Assembly (NCBI GenBank): GCA_040437565.1
Contig: JBDOQK010000039.1
Span: forward strand, 124,001 to 188,000
From: Albugo candida
Taxonomy: Eukaryota
Reading direction: 5' to 3'
DNA length: 64,000 bases
The notes under the pieces were generated by a model. The model ran no database searches and was not told the origin of the DNA. It was given only the letters and a program-made list of their open reading frames with translations. The translations under genes and the position numbers were made by a program. Every line of letters starts with the position of its first letter. Position 1 is the stretch's first letter. Positions 57,719-64,000 of this stretch are shown here, piece after piece.

Positions 57719-60700
57719 TCAGAGTTCACTTTGACGCTCTTGAGTATCGTAATTGAACTTTGAATCTGATTCCGTTTTCCCGACTCGATGACCGGTGAAT
57801 TCTTCATTTTCATTTCTTCCTCGTTGTATTTCACGCTGTAAAAATGCGATTGAGGACACTATTCGCTCATATCGATACGGCGATTCTTTCTCATTGCACT
57901 CTTTCGCGATAAGTTCTTCCACCTGACGTAAAACTTGCTCGGCGTTTTCCCCATCCACTTGGAATGCTGCCGTAGCGCTCGGACACTTTAAAAATGGATG
58001 GTTGAGGAGTCCATTCGGACCATCAATGGGAGGTCGATTGCGGTGGTCGCGTTGCAAACACGAGCGAATTACATGCTCCAAGTGCTTATTCACCAGCGGC
58101 TCGAAGCGAATTTCGTATAATGGATCCACAATGCATCGAAACTTTTCAATAATGCTCGGTACATCAGCAAATGGTGGCTTCCCATACACAATTTGATACA
58201 AAATACAGCCCAATGACCAGATATCACTTGCACGTCCAACCTAAGAAACAATATTACGAGACGAAAACAAATCACATCACTCTATAATCGAATACCTTCA
58301 TTTTTCCGTTGGGAAGCTTGGCGCCATGGTAGGATGGAGTGATTCCTTGAATAGCTTCTGGCGACATGAAATTGACCGTACCGACTTGGCTATCACGTTC
58401 AATATTGGTTGTGTCATTGGATATAGCTTTAGCAATTCCAAAATCGATCAGTTTTAGTGCTCCGTTGACAAATAGAAAATTCGCAGGTTTTAGATCGCCA
58501 TGGATGATGCGTTCCCGATGGATGGCGTGCACAGCTTGGAGCATTTGCATCCAACTGATACGGAGAAAGTTTTCTTCCAAGCCGGAAGACCCTTGAAGTT
58601 GTCGTAATTTTTCGCTGAGGTCAATCTCTCCATGCTCCATTACCACATAGATTACGCGTCGTGGAAGGTCTTGCTCGGCAGCCACCAGTTTGATTATGTG
58701 AGGATTGCCTTGAAGCCGCTTTAAAAGCTCAATTTCATTGTGGTACTGCTCCATTCCAAGTGCGTCCAGCCGCTTTAGTTTGATTTTCTTCAAAGCGTAT
58801 ATTTTCAAATCTGGACCCAAAATGCGATACACTTTACTGCTACCTCCACTTCCAATCTGTTCAAGCTTGATGTAAGGTGTCCCATTGACAACAATACGGC
58901 TCTGCATCAAAGCTGCAAATGGATCTTGTGTCCCAGAATGATGAGGAACTTCAGTATCCATCAACGCCGTTGGAGGCGATGACGCCGTTGATGATGTCAC
59001 AGAGTGTGGGCTCAGACTACTCTTCCCCGTCATCGATCCTCCATTGTGGTGTGCTGCCGTACTTGTCGGATGTAAAGTCGGAGATCCCAATAGTTTCGAT
59101 GGTTTGACTCGAGTAGCAATATCATCGGCGACAATAGACTTCGTTGTGACCGGTTCAGGAGGTGCAGGTGGTCGATCCGTACGCGTTCCTTTGTTTGTTA
59201 TTGTTCGTTTCCGATAAGGGCTCGTCCTAGACGGCTTCTCGGGGGTCACGACCGAGTCTCGCTCCTGACGCTTCAATGGACGGGAAGGATTCCAATTTTT
59301 TATATAATCCACGTCGATATTGATGGTACCGGGTGAACACATTCCTTTCGATACTTTAAATTTTTCCTGGCAGTATGAATTAAAGAAGTAAGCAATAGTT
59401 GTATGAATCGTGTCAACCCATACGCACTGTGATGGGGCTTAGTTTCCCCTGATTCTCGTTCTTCACACCATAATCGCTATTGGTTTCTGGATCAGGCTCA
59501 TCCTCATCAATTCCTTGGCTATCATTATCAGTGCTCGGAACCCTTCGTGCTGGTCCTACCACATCGATATCATTCACCAAACGCAATTAGAAGCAAAAAG
59601 AGTCAAACCAAGAGAGAGCTTTCCAGATGACAGCGGGAGTAGCGGTTTGGATGGGACAATGGGCGTTTTCAGGCTCGCTCGACGTCGTACTTCCTGGTCT
59701 CTCGATACTTTCGACATACTGTGCACATTGCGAATCGCTTCTCTTTGATTACTAAAAGGCGTCGAAACCGAGTCACCGAACGCAATCGTATTATTGGAGA
59801 GTACTTCCGGCGAGCTTGGTATGGCTGTCTTGGCGTTAGAATCATCTCGACCAAGCTGAGCTAATAATGTGGCTGCTGTCTGGTTCGGAAAAACTCCCAT
59901 ACGCTCTCCTGTTCTCACTATTTCTCTAGCAGCGCCCATCTTTCCTAAAGCTCAGCACATTATCACTTATCAGCACAAAACGCTTCTCTCACCATGAGCA
60001 GCTTCAAATTCCGCAAAAGCTTTATAAAATACCGCNNNNNNNNNNNNNNNNNNNNNNNNNNNNNNNNNNNNNNNNNNNNNNNNNNNNNNNNNNNNNNNNN
60101 NNNNNNNNNNNNNNNNNNNNNNNNNNNNNNNNNNNATAGACTTCGTTGTGACCGGTTCAGGAGGTGCAGGTGGTCGATCCGTACGCGTTCCTTTGTTTGT
60201 TATTGTTCGTTTCCGATAAGGGCTCGTCCTAGACGGCTTCTCGGGGGTCACGACCGAGTCTCGCTCCTGACGCTTCAATGGACGGGAAGGATTCCAATTT
60301 TTTATATAATCCACGTCGATATTGATGGTACCGGGTGAACACATTCCTTTCGATACTTTAAATTTTTCCTGGCAGTATGAATTAAAGAAGTAAGCAATAG
60401 TTGTATGAATCGTGTCAACCCATACGCACTGTGATGGGGCTTAGTTTCCCCTGATTCTCGTTCTTCACACCATAATCGCTATTGGTTTCTGGATCAGGCT
60501 CATCCTCATCAATTCCTTGGCTATCATTATCAGTGCTCGGAACCCTTCGTGCTGGTCCTACCACATCGATATCATTCACCAAACGCAATTAGAAGCAAAA
60601 AGAGTCAAACCAAGAGAGAGCTTTCCAGATGACAGCGGGAGTAGCGGTTTGGATGGGACAATGGGCGTTTTCAGGCTCGCTCGACGTCGTACTTCCTGGT

Positions 60701-61687
60701 CTCTCGATACTTTCGACATACTGTGCACATTGCGAATCGCTTCTCTTTGATTACTAAAAGGCGTCGAAACCGAGTCACCGAACGCAATCGTATTATTGGA
60801 GAGTACTTCCGGCGAGCTTGGTATGGCTGTCTTGGCGTTAGAATCATCTCGACCAAGCTGAGCTAATAATGTGGCTGCTGTCTGGTTCGGAAAAACTCCC
60901 ATACGCTCTCCTGTTCTCACTATTTCTCTAGCAGCGCCCATCTTTCCTAAAGCTCAGCACATTATCACTTATCAGCACAAAACGCTTCTCTCACCATGAG
61001 CAGCTTCAAATTCCGCAAAAGCTTTATAAAATACCGCATGTTTCTCTCCAATTCGCTCACTTTTCATGAATTTGAACAATTCCCGTGCATCCTGTTCGTT
61101 TCTACAGTGACCGGAGTCAATAATGCAATCAAAAACACACACGCGTCTCACTCTTTGAGCTTTGCGAATCGAATCCAAATTTCTGCATAACTCGCATTCA
61201 TTCTGTGATCTTCTTTCGAGATGATATTTGTCGCCCGACGGTATAAACGAACGTGATGAAGCAGGTTTACTGGGAAAGATGGCGGGCATTTAAGAAGCTG
61301 AAGCCATCGTTCAGGGCAAGTCGGGTCTTTCTGAAGCTTTTCCACCAATTCGGAGCGCTTCTGATCGACTTTGTCGACCATAAATACATCGTTTGCGGTC
61401 TCTCCGAATCGGATAATTCGATGGTTTGAGAGTGATGCAGGCTCCTGTTTCGCGGGCATATCCTTATATTTGGATGTTTCGACGTTTTCTGAGAGTTTTT
61501 TGCGCGTTTCTATGGATTTTTGGACCGAAATTTGGTCGCGGATGCTGGAAGTAATGTGCAAAATTGGTGGATTATGAACACTGCAAGCGCTGTTCTGTAG
61601 ATTCAAGCGCGTTGAAGGTACGACATTTTCTTTTTCTACCAATAAATTGGACCTTCTCCAAAGACCATTATGGTCCGATACATTCAT
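57719..61687 (-). CDS. MPS1: MPS1/TTK spindle-checkpoint kinase with an N-terminal TPR-like domain, multi-exon; contains a ~900-nt artifactual duplication
   Basis: IGSGGSSKVY, YALKKI, HGDLKPANFLFVNGALKLIDFGIAKAISNDTTNIERDSQVGTVNFMSPEAI, SDIWSLGCILYQ; N-terminal YAEIWIRFAKL..DARELF..FAEFE TPR-like region. Confidence 0.95.
59134..61037. repeat. Apparently identical ~900-nt duplication flanking a gap (59134-60035 vs 60136-61037), probable assembly artifact
   Basis: Constant 1002-nt offset and duplicate ORFs in the track (59574/60576, 59515/60517). Confidence 0.92.
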
Positions 61688-61837
61688 TCTGTTGCGGTTT
61701 TGACGCAGTATGAAGCGCCAACGTCCGAATTGGAAAGCGTCAAGATTTTCTGTTGAATTTCTGATGCGGAAGGTTGTACTTTCGACTTTTGAATAAAACG
61801 TCGAGATTAGATGTGTAATTTTACATTTTGGGATAGT

Positions 61838-63919
61838 CTATTGGTTTAGATTACGGTGTTTTTCGTACGCGATTTGATGCTTCAATTGCTTTTTTTGTAA
61901 TTTCTTGCGCTGTGATTTGGAAAGTGGTTTGTTTGTGACGGCATCATGTGTCGGGATACCTTGCGCATCGAATGTGCTATACTTTCCAGCATACTGAGGA
62001 TCTATCTGGAACAATTTCTGTGGTGCTATCTGCATCATCTGCTGGTATTCCTTTTCTTTGGCTTTCACCCGCTCTCGAGTCGAACATCTTTCAGCATCCA
62101 CATCCTTGCCACCGCTTGTCGGTTGTTCGAATGTACAGGTCGTCCGACCTGAGCCGAGATCCTTCACGAAAATTCCGAGCGATGGAAGCGCATCATTGCG
62201 AAATTCGTCACATAAATCCAATATCGCAGAAGATCCTGCTTCAAGTGCCCTTTGACGCACTTGGGCACGGAAATCCACAACAGCTTGTATCAACGCGTCC
62301 CCATTGAAACTCGAAGACTCAGATGTAGAATCAGACACAGAGTCAGAACTGGCCTTACTGATGACATTTTGGTCACCAAGATGTACGAATTCTGCGTAGA
62401 GGTCTCGAATTCCAAACAGCTCAAGCATATCCAGCACGTATTGGGCTAATGCCATGCGAATCTCTTTGGGGCTGCGCTCTTGACGCGTCAGTAAATACTC
62501 ATTTGCACGAGAAACCATCTTGGAAATGTGTTGTAGCGCTGAAGGTGTGTCGAAGTCATCGGCAAGACAGATCGATACGCATTCTTTTGTGTGAAAAAAA
62601 GCCTTCATCATTTTTAAATCCAATTCAGTGCACTTTTTTGACGATTCAGATGTTTCGGGCGAGGTATACGCCTCCATGGTACGGAAAAAGTTGCGAAGTT
62701 TGTCAATGAAAGCTGCAGCATCTCGCATTCTTTCGGGCGAATAATGAATATTTGATCGATATTTGTACTGTAAGCAGAACACACGAAACTCATCGGCAGT
62801 ATTTTTCTCCAAAAATGCTTCGATGGTCGTAAAGTTCTTTAAAGATTTGGACATTTTCTGGCCTTGAATGTACAAGTGTCCAAAATGGAGGAAATGACGA
62901 CACCAAGGTTTGTTAACCTGAAGGGAGCAGCAAGTTTCGCTATGTGAATGATTGTAAGCTTCACTTTGTGCGATTTCATTGTTGTGATGAGGAAATCGCA
63001 GATCGATTCCACCCGTATGAAGATCTATCGTTTTACCTAGCACGTGGTGTATCATTGCCGAGCACTCAATGTGCCAACCAGGTCGACCAGGACCCCAAGG
63101 GGATTCCCAGCACGGTTGATTTTGAGATTCCTTGACGGTCTTCCACAGTACAAAATCCCTTGAGTTCTTCTTGATATGATCACTCAATTGGAAATTACTT
63201 TCATCAATTTCGACACTGCAACCTTTAGAAGGATCCAGCTTCCCATAGGCGTTCCCGAGTCGTTCGGTGTCGAAATAAACCCCCGATCCATCGCTGGCAA
63301 TGTACGCAAACCCTTTTTTTCTAATTCCCTCAATATATTGAATGATTTCCTCAACATGCTCACTCACTCTTGTGACAGCGTGAGGTCGTCGAACTCCGAG
63401 GCGATCCATATCGTGAAAAAAGCGTGATTCTTCGATTCTGGCGAGTTCCAAATACGAAATTTGACGCTCCTACAAGCATATCAGAACATCCGCGTCCTTT
63501 TGAACAATTTCGGAATGTACCTTGGCTCTTTGTATAATTTTATCGTCAATGTCGGTGACTCCCATGACCAGGAAGAAGGAAATACCGAATTGACGTTCCA
63601 AAATGCGTCGTATGATGTCTTGTGACACATATGCGCGAGCGTGTCCCAAATGCGCGCGGTCATAAACTGTCGGACCACAGGCGTACCATTTTTTGATTCG
63701 ATTGCTGTCGTCGCTATCGCTCTGTGTGCCACCAAATTTGTTTTCAATGGAAGGCGCCACTGGTTGGATCGTATTGGTTAGAGAATTCCAAGCAGTTACC
63801 GAGGTATAACGACGGTGACATGATAGGCTGAAGGAGTTCCGTGCCGCGGATCCGATGGAGCGCATTGTAAATATGTAATTTCGTAAATTACATACTGGTA
63901 ATATACCGGTTTTATTCAT
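61838..63919 (-). CDS. CARS: Cysteinyl-tRNA synthetase with a putative mitochondrial presequence, 2 exons
   Basis: [26 protein letters not shown], intron 63520-63470, [49 protein letters not shown]. ATGs at 63919 and 63865. Confidence 0.96.
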
Positions 63920-64000
63920 GCCAAATGGACTTCCGCCTTAGATAGACTCGCGGAGATATGTATGCGTATTTCAAAAAATGATCGCATCTCCACGACACAA

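Noticed and set aside
59134..61037. Apparent tandem exon duplication within MPS1
   Set aside because: The copies look identical, including introns, and sit directly either side of a 100-N gap, which indicates unmerged overlapping contig ends.
1..64000. CRISPR arrays, rRNA, tRNA, telomeric or satellite arrays, prokaryotic defence systems
   Set aside because: None seen by eye, and the window is spliceosomal-intron eukaryotic DNA. Small ncRNAs cannot be excluded without Infernal/tRNAscan.

Overview
Eukaryotic, gene-dense genomic scaffold with short (~45-65 nt) GT-AG introns. Oomycete-type gene content (START-FYVE-GAF protein, oomycete-type GH6 and GT71, flagellar enkurin) and extreme compaction suggest an Albugo-like obligate biotroph; this assignment is inference. 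About 24 protein genes can be supported: glutamate synthase (runs off the left edge, missing from the ORF track), PLAC8, MORN, HSF, cathepsin L-like protease, DPH5, two GT71 mannosyltransferase paralogs, GH6 cellulase, EGF/GPI surface protein, ENT transporter, OAT, XRN1, exportin-6, an oomycete Cys/His putative regulator, enkurin, COMMD3, Dicer-like, ARP2, an FCS-type Zn-finger protein, PARN, a bZIP, an Erf4/CHIC protein, START-FYVE-GAF, MPS1 and CysRS. A gene-sparse island (~10.9-23.1 kb) holds decayed RTE-type LINE and MULE relics. Most 100-N gaps are flanked by re-started duplicated sequence, so the apparent internal duplications in several genes are assembly artifacts. I found no system I can call definitively new. 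The best leads are: a helicase-eroded Dicer squeezed between antisense neighbours at both ends, within an XRN1/Dicer/PARN neighbourhood; a candidate ATF6-like membrane-tethered bZIP; a catalytically intact GH6 with no signal peptide next to a MULE relic; and a gene-conversion pattern in the GT71 pair.
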